Shown piece by piece: positions 35,704 to 45,280 of a stretch of DNA of 64,000 nucleotides; within the stretch, counting starts at the first letter, position 1, and every line of letters starts with the position of its first letter. Source of the stretch: Fidelibacterota bacterium (GTDB taxonomy: Bacteria; Fidelibacterota; Marinisomatia; Marinisomatales; UBA1611). Location of the stretch: NCBI GenBank assembly GCA_045568995.1, contig JBJKZY010000045.1, positions 4,281 to 68,280 of the forward strand. The letters are read 5' to 3'. A program made the position numbers and the translations under genes. The notes beneath the pieces are model-generated. The model was given only the letters and a program-made list of their open reading frames with translations. It made no database searches and had not been told where the DNA came from.

Positions 35704-37244
35704 TGGGTAAGTTTTTTTACGAAATTAAAGATCTGCAAATTAAATCGACTCCAAAAAATGGTGCTGTAAAAATACTTAATAAAATTAATCTTAATATTTA
35801 TAAGGGAGAGATACTCGGTCTTATTGGAGAATCTGGTAGTGGAAAAAGTATGCTAGGGTGCGCACTATTAGAAATGGTTCCATCGGGTTGTTTAATTACA
35901 AAAGGCTCTATTACTCATCATTTTAATTCAAATAATAGGATATCAAGAATTAGAGGCATTAATATAGCGATGATATCCCAAGATCCAATGCAGGCACTCA
36001 ATCCTTTACAAAAAATTAAAACTCAGTTTACAATAATCCTTAGAAAAAGGTTTGCCCTTAATAAAAAAAACACAAAACAACAACTTGTGAGATGGATGGA
36101 AAAAGTAAACCTTCACCAAGTTCCTAATATTTTAGATCGTTATCCACATCAACTTTCTGGGGGGCAGATACAAAGAATTATGATTGCAATGGCGATGTCT
36201 ATTAATCCTGATTTTATTGTAGCAGATGAAATCACTACGGGTTTGGATGCTAGTACAAAAATGGAAATTTTAAACTTGTTGGTTTCTTTTCAAAAGACCG
36301 CAGGGTTTTCAGTTTTACTTATTTCTCATGATTTAAAAAGTATTCAAAAATATTGTCATAGAATAGCTGTTTTAGAATCAGGGGAAACGGTTGTAGTTGG
36401 TGATACAAAAAGGATAATCCAAAAAACAAAAGAGAGATATGAAAAAGCAATAAAAAAAACCAAAACAGAAGATACGGAGAAAAATCCAAATCCAATTTTA
36501 GATGTAAAAAACTTATGTAAAACGTATGGATCGGGTAGAAACTCTGTTCCAGCTTTAAAAAATATAACTTTTACACTTTGCAAGGGAGAAACATTAGGAA
36601 TAATTGGAGAATCTGGCAGCGGGAAAACCACCTTAGTTAAAACGATATTAAACATATTAAGTCGAGATTCAGGAGACTTACTTCTTGATGGGTGCTCCAA
36701 AGATAAATCATTAACGGAGCCTAACCGAAAAATTGGAGCAGTTTTTCAAGATAGTCAAGGGTCTCTAAACCCTAAAATGAATATCTTTGATATTTTGAGT
36801 GAACCATTAATTTTGTTAGGTGACAAAACCAATAAGAGTAAGAAAGAAAAAATATTAAGTCAGATAAAAAAAGTTCATTTAGATAATAATTTACTAGAGT
36901 TGTATCCTCGTGAATTATCAGGTGGTCAGAGACAAAGAGTTTCGATTGCTAGGTCCTTGCTTACTAATCCAAGCATAGTTGTTTTAGATGAACCAACATC
37001 AGCCCTAGATATAAAAACCCAGGGGAAAATATTGAACTTGTTGTTGAATATTCAAAAACAGGAAAAACTTTCTTATATTTTCATATCACATGATCTTGAA
37101 GTTGTTTCAGAAATAGCTGATAGCATTGCAGTTTTGTATAAAGGAGAAATAATTGAATTCGGATCGGTTAAAGATGTGTTGTCCCAACCATCACACGATT
37201 ATACAAAAAAATTAATATATTCTAATTCATGGATGTCCCAATAA
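35703..37244 (+). CDS. Fused double-ATPase peptide ABC transporter subunit (DppD-DppF)
   Basis: Two GESGSGK Walker A motifs, two LSGGQ signatures, ADE/LDEPT Walker B. Confidence 0.93.
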   Translation: MGKFFYEIKDLQIKSTPKNGAVKILNKINLNIYKGEILGLIGESGSGKSMLGCALLEMVPSGCLITKGSITHHFNSNNRISRIRGINIAMISQDPMQALNPLQKIKTQFTIILRKRFALNKKNTKQQLVRWMEKVNLHQVPNILDRYPHQLSGGQIQRIMIAMAMSINPDFIVADEITTGLDASTKMEILNLLVSFQKTAGFSVLLISHDLKSIQKYCHRIAVLESGETVVVGDTKRIIQKTKERYEKAIKKTKTEDTEKNPNPILDVKNLCKTYGSGRNSVPALKNITFTLCKGETLGIIGESGSGKTTLVKTILNILSRDSGDLLLDGCSKDKSLTEPNRKIGAVFQDSQGSLNPKMNIFDILSEPLILLGDKTNKSKKEKILSQIKKVHLDNNLLELYPRELSGGQRQRVSIARSLLTNPSIVVLDEPTSALDIKTQGKILNLLLNIQKQEKLSYIFISHDLEVVSEIADSIAVLYKGEIIEFGSVKDVLSQPSHDYTKKLIYSNSWMSQ

Positions 37245-37276
37245 AACAGGTTTAGAGAGTTGTAAGAGAATATTAA

Positions 37277-38095
37277 ATGAGTAAAACTATAACCATAGCA
37301 TCAATCCAGATGTTTGTACATAAGAAGAAAAAACAAAACGTAGAACAAGTTAAAAACCATCTAAAGTATTTAAACAAAGTTTTTCCACAGGTTGAAATGG
37401 TTGTTTTTCCTGAATTATCAGTTTCAGAACCGGATCTTGAACCAAAAGAACAAGCAGAAAAAATACCTGGAGAATTGACAAGTTTGTTTTCACGCTTAGC
37501 TAAAAAGTATGGATTGTGGCTTATTCCAGGTAGTGTATATGAAAAATCAGGATCAAAGGTTTATAACACTTCTCTTGTTTTTTCACCTGAGGGTGGTCTT
37601 GTTGGAAAATATCGTAAAAGGTTTCCATGGTGCCCTTATGAAAAAACCGTACCAGGAAAAGATCCCTTTGTTTTTACTGTTGAAGGGGTGGGGAAAATAG
37701 GTTTAATGATATGTTATGATTTATGGTTCCCAGAAGTTGCAAGAGATCTTGTTGATTTAGGGGCTGAGGTTATCTTGGTCCCAACCATGACTACGACAGG
37801 GGACAGAACCCAGGAACAAATAATTTCTCAAGCTACTGCTATTATGCAACAGGCTTATGTTGTGTCCTGTAACGGTGTCGGATATGGAGGGGTAGGTGGT
37901 TCTTTAATTGTTGATCCTGATGGGAATATTTTACAAAAATCTGGAGGTAGTCCTTTTGTTCAGACTGCTATTATTGATTTTGAAAGAGTGGGAATGCTTA
38001 GAGACAAAGGGGTTGCTGGCGTTAGTCACCCTTGGAAGGATTTTCGACAAAGCAAGCAAACTTTTAAAGTTTATAATAAAAAATCAAAAACTTAA
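37277..38095 (+). CDS. Carbon-nitrogen hydrolase (nitrilase superfamily)
   Basis: FPEL, YRK, ICYDLWFPE (E-K-C triad). Confidence 0.9.
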   Translation: MSKTITIASIQMFVHKKKKQNVEQVKNHLKYLNKVFPQVEMVVFPELSVSEPDLEPKEQAEKIPGELTSLFSRLAKKYGLWLIPGSVYEKSGSKVYNTSLVFSPEGGLVGKYRKRFPWCPYEKTVPGKDPFVFTVEGVGKIGLMICYDLWFPEVARDLVDLGAEVILVPTMTTTGDRTQEQIISQATAIMQQAYVVSCNGVGYGGVGGSLIVDPDGNILQKSGGSPFVQTAIIDFERVGMLRDKGVAGVSHPWKDFRQSKQTFKVYNKKSKT

Positions 38096-38129
38096 TTTCT
38101 AAAATCATAAAATAACAAATGGCATAAAC

Positions 38130-39182
38130 ATGAGTGAATTAAAAGAATATTATATTTTTATTGTTTCAAACCATTTTCTTAAATCAGTTAGTATAGTTTT
38201 ATTTTCCATTGTTTTTGCAAAATTTATTGATGTTGTTTTTACAATTATTTTCAAGAGAATGGTGGATAAAACCGCTACAAAGCTTGATGATAAGATCCTT
38301 CACTTACTTCACAAACCAATTTTTTATTCAATTCTCTTTATAGGTTTTAGTTTATCTGTTAAAACGGCTCCTTTACCAGACTATGTTGATTATGCTATGA
38401 CTGGAATTTTTAAAACTATTACTATTGTTATTTGGTTGTTTGTTGTATCAAAAATATTGCTAATGTCAATGGAATGGGCATCAAGAAAAACAAGATCAAA
38501 TTCTTTGCTGCAAAAAAACACTGTTCCACTTTTTAATAATTTAGGAAAGATTGCAATAGGTATTTTTGGAGCATATTTTATATTTCTAAGTTGGGATATA
38601 AACATCAATGGTATCCTTGCTTCTGCAGGTGTTCTGGGTGTCGTTCTAGGTTTGGCAGCTAAAGATACTGTTTCGAATTTTTTTGCAGGAATTTTTTTAT
38701 TAGCAGATGCTCCTTTTAAAGAAGGTGATTATATTTTACTAGAGACTGGTGAAAGAGGTTACGTAACGCAAATGGGATTAAGGTCAACGCGTTTTATGAC
38801 AAGAGATGATATAGAAATTACCATCCCAAATTCTGTTATAGCGACTTCTAAAATAGTAAATGAAAGTGGCGGACCAGGAGAAACAGAGCGTGTAAGGGTT
38901 ACCCTTATGATATCCTACGATTCAAATTTGGATGAAGCAAAAGAAACATTAATTAGCATTGCGAAAGAGAATATAAATGTTTTAAAAACCCCTGACCCAA
39001 GGGTTCGGCTTAGGGAATTCGGTGATAGCGGTTTAAGACTACAGCTACTTTTTTGGATTGAAAAGCCTGAAATAAGAGGACGAACGGTAGATGCTGTTAA
39101 CACTGAAATATATAAACAATTTTCTGAAAAAAACATATTGATACCGTATCCTACAATGAAAGTTCTTCTTCCAAAAACCTAA
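38130..39182 (+). CDS. Small-conductance mechanosensitive channel (MscS family)
   Basis: GLAAKDTVSNFFAG, PFKEGD, GLRST, IPNS, IPYP. Confidence 0.92.
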   Translation: MSELKEYYIFIVSNHFLKSVSIVLFSIVFAKFIDVVFTIIFKRMVDKTATKLDDKILHLLHKPIFYSILFIGFSLSVKTAPLPDYVDYAMTGIFKTITIVIWLFVVSKILLMSMEWASRKTRSNSLLQKNTVPLFNNLGKIAIGIFGAYFIFLSWDININGILASAGVLGVVLGLAAKDTVSNFFAGIFLLADAPFKEGDYILLETGERGYVTQMGLRSTRFMTRDDIEITIPNSVIATSKIVNESGGPGETERVRVTLMISYDSNLDEAKETLISIAKENINVLKTPDPRVRLREFGDSGLRLQLLFWIEKPEIRGRTVDAVNTEIYKQFSEKNILIPYPTMKVLLPKT

Positions 39183-39204
39183 TGGTTTTGAATTGATATA
39201 AGCA

Positions 39205-40683
39205 GTGATTAGCTATAAGGTTACTTTTCTTTTTATATATTTCATTATACTGATTTGCATAGGTATCTCTTCTTCTAAAAAAGTTTCTTCTTTATCTGAT
39301 TATTATGTAGGTGGCAAAAAACTTGGGTATTGGATTGCCGCCTTATCTGCAAGAGCTACTGGTGAATCGGGATGGTTGCTGATTGGGGTAACTGGTATGG
39401 GGGCGTTAATGGGAGTGAGCGCTTTTTGGATAGTTGTGGGAGAAGTTTTAGGTGTTTGGGTTTCTTGGAATTTTATGGCCAAAAAATTTAAAGCGATGAC
39501 GGATGAATATGAAGCCATAACAATTACAGATTTTCTTGTAAGTCATTTTAATTCCAATACTAATTTTCTTCGTTTTATTTCGGCTTCTTCACTTTCTTTA
39601 TTTGTTGTTATATACGTTAGTGCGCAGATTGATATAACTGGAAAAACATTTGAGTCTTTTTTAGATCTTAATTATTATACCGGAATAGCTATTGGATTTG
39701 GGATCGTTGTCTTCTATATATTTTCAGGTGGTTTTATAGCGGTAGCATGGTCTGATTTTTTTCAAGGGGCTTTAATGTTTTTTGGTTTATTAATATTGCC
39801 TCCTGCTATTTTTTTCTCCTTAAATGAAACAGGATCGGTTATTAAAGGGTTAAACGAAATTGATCCTGGTTTGATGAATGTCTGGGGTGTAGGTGGGTTC
39901 AGTTTAATAAACCTGGCTACAGTATTAGGTCTTTTATCTATTGGAATTGGGTTTATGGGGTCACCTCAAGTATATGTAAGGTTTATTGCCATAAGGGATA
40001 AGAGTGAAATTGAGAAGGGGAAGTGGGTTGCTGTCCTTTACACATTTTTGACTGATATTTCGGCAGTATTGATTGGTATCTTAGGTCGATATATGTTTAC
40101 AAAAGCTGACTATAATCCCGAACTTATTTTGGGTATTGGTGGAGAAGATGTATTATCTTTGGTAATTGGGCAGGTAATGCCGACAATGGTAATTGGAATT
40201 TATATTGCGGCTGTGTTGTCTGCAGTTATGTCTACGATTGATTCTTTGTTGGTTGTTGCATCGAGTGCTGTAACAAGGGATTTTTACCAAAAAGTTTTTC
40301 ATCCAAACATTAGTGAAAAAGCTCTTATAAAAATATCTAAAAAAGTAACATTCTTTTTGGCGCTTTTGGCGCTTCTTGTCGCTGTTTGCGTTTCTGTTTT
40401 ATCACCAACAAGGACAGTGTTTTGGTTTGTCATTTTTGGTTGGTCTGGAATAGCTGCAACTTTTTGTCCAGTTATAATTATGTCTATCTTTTGGGAAGGG
40501 CTAACTGAAAAGGGTGCGATTGTTTCAATGTTTACAGGGTTTGTGTCTGTTCCCTTTTTTAAGTTTGTTGTTCCGTTAAATCAGAATATTGGTCCCTTCT
40601 TTGAAAAGCTAGATGTAATGCTTCCTTCTGTGCTTCTTGCAATCCTTTTGGGTGTGTGCGTAAGTTTTTTGTCGCCTGATTAA
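39205..40683 (+). CDS. Sodium:solute symporter (PutP-like)
   Basis: DYYVGG, ALSA..ESGW, GGF.AVAWSD..QG, GSPQ...RF, SAVMSTIDS. Confidence 0.88.
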   Translation: MISYKVTFLFIYFIILICIGISSSKKVSSLSDYYVGGKKLGYWIAALSARATGESGWLLIGVTGMGALMGVSAFWIVVGEVLGVWVSWNFMAKKFKAMTDEYEAITITDFLVSHFNSNTNFLRFISASSLSLFVVIYVSAQIDITGKTFESFLDLNYYTGIAIGFGIVVFYIFSGGFIAVAWSDFFQGALMFFGLLILPPAIFFSLNETGSVIKGLNEIDPGLMNVWGVGGFSLINLATVLGLLSIGIGFMGSPQVYVRFIAIRDKSEIEKGKWVAVLYTFLTDISAVLIGILGRYMFTKADYNPELILGIGGEDVLSLVIGQVMPTMVIGIYIAAVLSAVMSTIDSLLVVASSAVTRDFYQKVFHPNISEKALIKISKKVTFFLALLALLVAVCVSVLSPTRTVFWFVIFGWSGIAATFCPVIIMSIFWEGLTEKGAIVSMFTGFVSVPFFKFVVPLNQNIGPFFEKLDVMLPSVLLAILLGVCVSFLSPD

Positions 40684-40685
40684 TT

Positions 40686-41456
40686 CTAAAGTTTTTCTGC
40701 TGTCTTTCTAGTTGAATTGTAATTCCATCCTTGCAAAACAAGCTGGACATTGGTATGGTTACCACTATCCATAGTTTTATCCTTTCCTGAATATAACTGT
40801 ATAAGAACGGTTTTTCTTGGTTTTGATGATTTATTTGGCATAGAACCGTGAAGCGTACAGCAATGAAAAAATAATACATCTCCACTTTTTGCTTCAATTG
40901 GAATAGCAGATTCAAGAGTGTGTTTTTTATGAATTTTTTTTACATATGAGTGCCCATCAGATTTTTTGATTTTTCCTAGTTTATTAGAGCCAGGAATCAA
41001 TCTTATGCACCCCATGTCATTTGTAGAGTCAGAAATATGAACTACGGCAGCAATCATCGTGTTGTTTTCAGTTGGGAAATAAGACCAGTCTTGATGTAGA
41101 GGAAATGCAGAGCCTAACTCAGGAGGTTTTAAAAATAATTTTGTATGATGTAGAATTATATCTGGGCCTATAAAAGACTCTGCTATACCCAACAACTTTT
41201 TATTTTGAATCATTTCAAGCATAATAGATGAAAAGGTTTGTACGTTATGAGTGTGTATTACTTTGGAATTTTTAAGATCTAGGTCTTTAACTAACTCCCC
41301 ACCCCAGCGAGCATTAATGTTTTCACCACTTTGTTCTAGTTGTAATACGATTTTATCAAATTCTGTTTCTAAAACAGAAACTTCTGACTTGCTGAATAAA
41401 TTTTTTGATAAATAACAACCCTCATTTTGAAAAGTTTTTTTTCTTTTTTGCTTCAA
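40686..41456 (-). CDS. Phytanoyl-CoA dioxygenase (PhyH) family Fe(II)/2OG enzyme
   Basis: HQDW (HxD), GCI..IPGS, GDVLFFH...HGS..N.S..PR. Confidence 0.88.
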   Translation of the reverse strand: MKQKRKKTFQNEGCYLSKNLFSKSEVSVLETEFDKIVLQLEQSGENINARWGGELVKDLDLKNSKVIHTHNVQTFSSIMLEMIQNKKLLGIAESFIGPDIILHHTKLFLKPPELGSAFPLHQDWSYFPTENNTMIAAVVHISDSTNDMGCIRLIPGSNKLGKIKKSDGHSYVKKIHKKHTLESAIPIEAKSGDVLFFHCCTLHGSMPNKSSKPRKTVLIQLYSGKDKTMDSGNHTNVQLVLQGWNYNSTRKTAEKL

Positions 41457-42238
41457 TTTTTTTTTTGATAGATAGTTGGGGCAATAGATGAATCATTAAT
41501 CTGATTTAAATAATGATTTTCTCTGCCTTTTGCTTCTATTTGTTTGGACTTGTCTGTTCGGAAATGTACAACCATTCCAATCCTAGGGTCTTTTTCTTTA
41601 TTCCCCAAAGAAGAATGGTAGGTTTGAGAACTATGGATGCTAACCTCTCCCATATGTAATGTAGAATTGATTATTTCTTTATTTTTTTTGGTTTTGTTTA
41701 GTTTGGTTTCTTGTGTTTTTACATTTTGATTAAAAAAATCCATTCCTTGAATTTCTGCCCAATGATTAGAGCCGCGTAAAAATCTAACAGGCCCAGATTG
41801 AATAGAGACGTTTGAGAGAGCAATCCAAGCTGTATATAGCCCTTTTTTTGACCAAAAAGGCCAATATTGAGAATCTCTATGCCAACCGGCATTTCCTTTT
41901 TGATTTTTGCTATAAGGTTTCCAAACAACTTGTGAGTGCCATATTTGGATAAATCGTGCTTTTGTAGCCTCTCCCAATAATTGTCCTAATGCTTTATTTG
42001 TTATTAGATCCCAAACTGATTGATCAGAAAGGTGTGGTTTGTCTATTTTTATGATAGAATAAGGATCGTCTCCTGGATTCCAAAACCTACTTTCTGGTTT
42101 TCGACCAGACCGATATTCTCCATTAATAACGCGTTGTAAACCATTTCGAGCCTTTTGGATTTCTTCATTCAAAAAAACTTTTGGTAAAAAACAAAAACCA
42201 TCCTTTTTAAGATCATATTTTACTTTTTTTAATTCCAC
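41453..42238 (-). CDS. Phytanoyl-CoA dioxygenase (PhyH) family Fe(II)/2OG enzyme
   Basis: WHRD, TAWIALS, GSNHW, H...YHSS..N...PR. Confidence 0.88.
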   Translation of the reverse strand: MELKKVKYDLKKDGFCFLPKVFLNEEIQKARNGLQRVINGEYRSGRKPESRFWNPGDDPYSIIKIDKPHLSDQSVWDLITNKALGQLLGEATKARFIQIWHSQVVWKPYSKNQKGNAGWHRDSQYWPFWSKKGLYTAWIALSNVSIQSGPVRFLRGSNHWAEIQGMDFFNQNVKTQETKLNKTKKNKEIINSTLHMGEVSIHSSQTYHSSLGNKEKDPRIGMVVHFRTDKSKQIEAKGRENHYLNQINDSSIAPTIYQKKN

Positions 42239-42244
42239 GAAAAT

Positions 42245-43207
42245 TTAAACTTTATAAAGAGACTTTACCCAACGGGTATCCTCATGCGAAAGAATTTCTC
42301 CAAGCGAAGATGCTATTTTCACTTGGTCAATTGTTCTTTGCCCTAACAAAGCGCACCCTGTCGGGGAATCAAAAAACAAAGCATTTACTATTCCATACAT
42401 TATTGGGTTTTCATGGTTAGAGAATTTTTTTTCTAACTTTTTACAAATTAACAGGGTTTTTTTTATTACTTCATTATTTTGGAAATCTTTGATTCCTGAT
42501 CTATGATCTCCCTCTTTAAAGGTTGCTGGGGATTTATATTTCCCTGTTAACAAACCATGTTTTAATGGTGAAAAAAAACATACACCAAGGTTGTTTTTAT
42601 TTATTATACTTTTCAGACCGGAGCTTTCATAGGTGTTATCCATGATGTTCCTGTATGGTTGTATAACATCAGGGTCGCAGGCATCTAAATATTTTGCTAT
42701 TCTTTTATTGGACCAATCTGATAAACCAATAAAACGAATTTTTCCTTGGGATTGAAATGTTTTTAAAACATCCAGGGCGTCATCAAAGTATTCATCTTTT
42801 TTTCCAAAATTACAGTGATGTAAATATAAAAGGTCAATATAGTTTGTATTTAAGTTGGTGAGAGACTTTTCTATTTTAAGTTTCATATGTTTTGGGTTGT
42901 ACCAATGTGGGAAAGGTCCCATGTCCCAACCTACTTTTGTGGCTAAAAATATAGATTTTCGCGGTATGGTCCCCCATACGCTCCCAATTATTTTTTCGGA
43001 ACGACCTTCTCCGTATACATCTGCTGTGTCCCAATGGTTAATCTCTTTTTCCCATGCTTTTATTAATACAGTCCGTGAAGTATCATCACTTTGATTTGTC
43101 CAACCAACTGATTTTTTACCAATTTTATTTTCACCACCAAAAGCCCACGTTCCAAGGCTTATGGCGGATACAGATGCTTTTGTTCTTCCTAAAACAATTT
43201 TTCTCAT
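42245..43207 (-). CDS. Aldo/keto reductase
   Basis: LGTWAFGG, DTADVYG.G.SE, ATK, IDLLYLH, GKIRFIGLS, SPL..GLLTGKY. Confidence 0.92.
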   Translation of the reverse strand: MRKIVLGRTKASVSAISLGTWAFGGENKIGKKSVGWTNQSDDTSRTVLIKAWEKEINHWDTADVYGEGRSEKIIGSVWGTIPRKSIFLATKVGWDMGPFPHWYNPKHMKLKIEKSLTNLNTNYIDLLYLHHCNFGKKDEYFDDALDVLKTFQSQGKIRFIGLSDWSNKRIAKYLDACDPDVIQPYRNIMDNTYESSGLKSIINKNNLGVCFFSPLKHGLLTGKYKSPATFKEGDHRSGIKDFQNNEVIKKTLLICKKLEKKFSNHENPIMYGIVNALFFDSPTGCALLGQRTIDQVKIASSLGEILSHEDTRWVKSLYKV

Positions 43208-43269
43208 GAGATTTGTTTTTTATTGAATAATAAAATTATAACAAAGGGTTGTAATTTCATGGTGATATT

Positions 43270-43605
43270 ATGAAAAATGGAAAAATAAAAATTATTGATA
43301 TTGGGCATAAACACTTAAATCTTGAAGATGCGCAATCATTATTAGAAACAACTATTAGCCAAATTGCATATGAAGGCAATATTAAGGTTGTAAAAATTAT
43401 AACAGGTCATGGATCGGGAGCACTTAGAAGTTCAGTTCGGAAATGGCTTCAAGATCAGGAAGGGAGATTCCAAGGTGTCATATATGGAGAAGATTACAAT
43501 ATGTTTAACACCCTTGCCTCTGATATGAGATCGGAATGCTTTGTTAGAGAGGACCATGATTTTGGTAAAAACAACTCAGCTATAACTCTTGTTTGGCTAT
43601 GGTAA
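43270..43605 (+). CDS. Stand-alone Smr/MutS2-domain protein
   Basis: IDIGH, KIITGHGSGALR..VR.WL. Confidence 0.8.
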   Translation: MKNGKIKIIDIGHKHLNLEDAQSLLETTISQIAYEGNIKVVKIITGHGSGALRSSVRKWLQDQEGRFQGVIYGEDYNMFNTLASDMRSECFVREDHDFGKNNSAITLVWLW

Positions 43606-43653
43606 AAGCTAATAGTTAATGTAGAATTCAAAAGGTAAACGTATATTTACGTT

Positions 43654-44583
43654 ATGTATCAAAAATCAAATTATGATAATCTTTTTAAAAACGTTATTCC
43701 CAATAGCGTATCCGGTATAAAGATATTTAATGCTTATGAGTCATATATTATTAGTCAAAAGTATGATGAAGTAACAAATTTAGAAAACAGAATTTGGTCG
43801 GAGTTGTTTCAAAGTTTAGAATTTGAACTAGACCGATATGCCTCCAGGGAATATTTGTTGGGTTTGCGATCTCTTCCTATCCCTAATAATATGTTTCCTA
43901 ACTTCAATCAAATATCTCCTCTCATTGAAAATTCTACGGGTTGGTCTTTGTTGCCGGTTGCTGGTTTTTTAGATGAAGAGTTGTTTTTTGAAATAAATAC
44001 AAAAAGACAATTCCCAGTTACGGATATAATTAGAAAGTCTCCCAGGTTTGATCAAAAATATTCAGGTGTTCAAATTGCAAATGATGCTGGATATACCCCT
44101 GAACCTGATATTTTTCATGATGTCCAAGCCCACACTCCGTTTTTAATGAATAAGGATTACGCGAATTTTATGTGGGAAATTGGTCTTCTTGGTTATGAAA
44201 TCATTAAAAACAAGAAAGCATTAAGTCGTGATTTAGTTATGCATAATTTAAAAAGGCTTCAGAACTTTTCATGGTGGACCTATGAATATGGTCTTTTAAA
44301 TAATTATGGTGAAACAGATCCTTTAAGAAGAAGAAAAAATGATATTAAATATGAAATATATGGGGCAGGGATTATATCATCCCTTGATGAGGTTGAAAAT
44401 ATAGTGTCTTGTGCAAAAGGTGAGTCCAGCCAATCAAAATTTATACCTTATAATATAGAAGAAGTCGCAATGACCTGTTTTGACTATAGCCATATTCAGG
44501 ATAGATATTTTGTTATTGATTCCATGGAAGATTTATACAAATCGTTTTCTGAAAACAAAAACCTTTTTTGGTTTGAAGGGTAG
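43654..44583 (+). CDS. phhA: Pterin-dependent aromatic amino acid hydroxylase (phenylalanine 4-hydroxylase-like)
   Basis: TGW...V.G, FPVT.IIR, YTPEPDIFHD..AH.P, WWTYEYGL, YGAGIISS, Q..YFVI.S. Confidence 0.8.
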   Translation: MYQKSNYDNLFKNVIPNSVSGIKIFNAYESYIISQKYDEVTNLENRIWSELFQSLEFELDRYASREYLLGLRSLPIPNNMFPNFNQISPLIENSTGWSLLPVAGFLDEELFFEINTKRQFPVTDIIRKSPRFDQKYSGVQIANDAGYTPEPDIFHDVQAHTPFLMNKDYANFMWEIGLLGYEIIKNKKALSRDLVMHNLKRLQNFSWWTYEYGLLNNYGETDPLRRRKNDIKYEIYGAGIISSLDEVENIVSCAKGESSQSKFIPYNIEEVAMTCFDYSHIQDRYFVIDSMEDLYKSFSENKNLFWFEG

Positions 44584-44584
44584 T

Positions 44585-45151
44585 TTGAAAAACTTTTTTA
44601 TTGGTTTAACACTAAGTTTTTTAATTTGTTGTACCACTGTTTCTTATCACAGGATAGCAATAGAATCTCCATATGAATTGATATCTTTAGAAGATTCACT
44701 TGTAAGCACTGGCTTAAGTAAAAAAAATCAAAAATCATTGGCTCTAGCACATAAAAATATTGGCCTGATACAAATGGGGGAAAAAAACTATATTAATGCT
44801 CAGGTTCATTTTTTAAATGCACTTAATTATGCAAATGAAGATTCTACTGTGCAATACAATTTATTTATGATTGATGGACATTTATTAAGAAAAACAGGGA
44901 AAAAAGAAAAATTGTGGGATGCAATTGAGATATATTACGAAGCCATAAAATTGAAACCATTTAGTGGAGAACCATATTTTTTTATTGGGCAATGCTATCA
45001 GGTTTTAGGAAATAAGGATTTTGATTTAATTTTAGAATCTTATCAAAAGGCGCTTAGTTTACAACTTCCTGTTCTATTAAAAGAAAAAGTGGAGCAAGAG
45101 GTTTCCCTGGTATCGGACAGGGAAAAGAAGTTGAAATCTTTTTGGAAATAA
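44585..45151 (+). CDS. TPR-containing putative lipoprotein
   Basis: Probable TTG start at 44585 (MKNFFIGLTLSFLICC); TPR-like helices (AHKNIG, YFFIGQCY, YQKAL). Confidence 0.65.
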   Translation: MKNFFIGLTLSFLICCTTVSYHRIAIESPYELISLEDSLVSTGLSKKNQKSLALAHKNIGLIQMGEKNYINAQVHFLNALNYANEDSTVQYNLFMIDGHLLRKTGKKEKLWDAIEIYYEAIKLKPFSGEPYFFIGQCYQVLGNKDFDLILESYQKALSLQLPVLLKEKVEQEVSLVSDREKKLKSFWK

Positions 45152-45197
45152 CAATTGGGTGAAGGTTTTTAATCCAAAATGAAGTATTTATATTTTC

Positions 45198-45226
45198 TTG
45201 ACACATTCCTGAATTTGCATTAAAAT
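45198..45226 (+). promoter_or_regulatory. Sigma70-type promoter of the motor-like operon
   Basis: TTGACA (45198-45203), 17 bp spacer, TAAAAT (45221-45226); GAGGT RBS at 45271-45275. Confidence 0.8.
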
Positions 45227-45280
45227 TCCGAAGCTTTAGCGCATTTAGTTGCTAAAAGTGTTCATAATCCGAGGTAAAAC

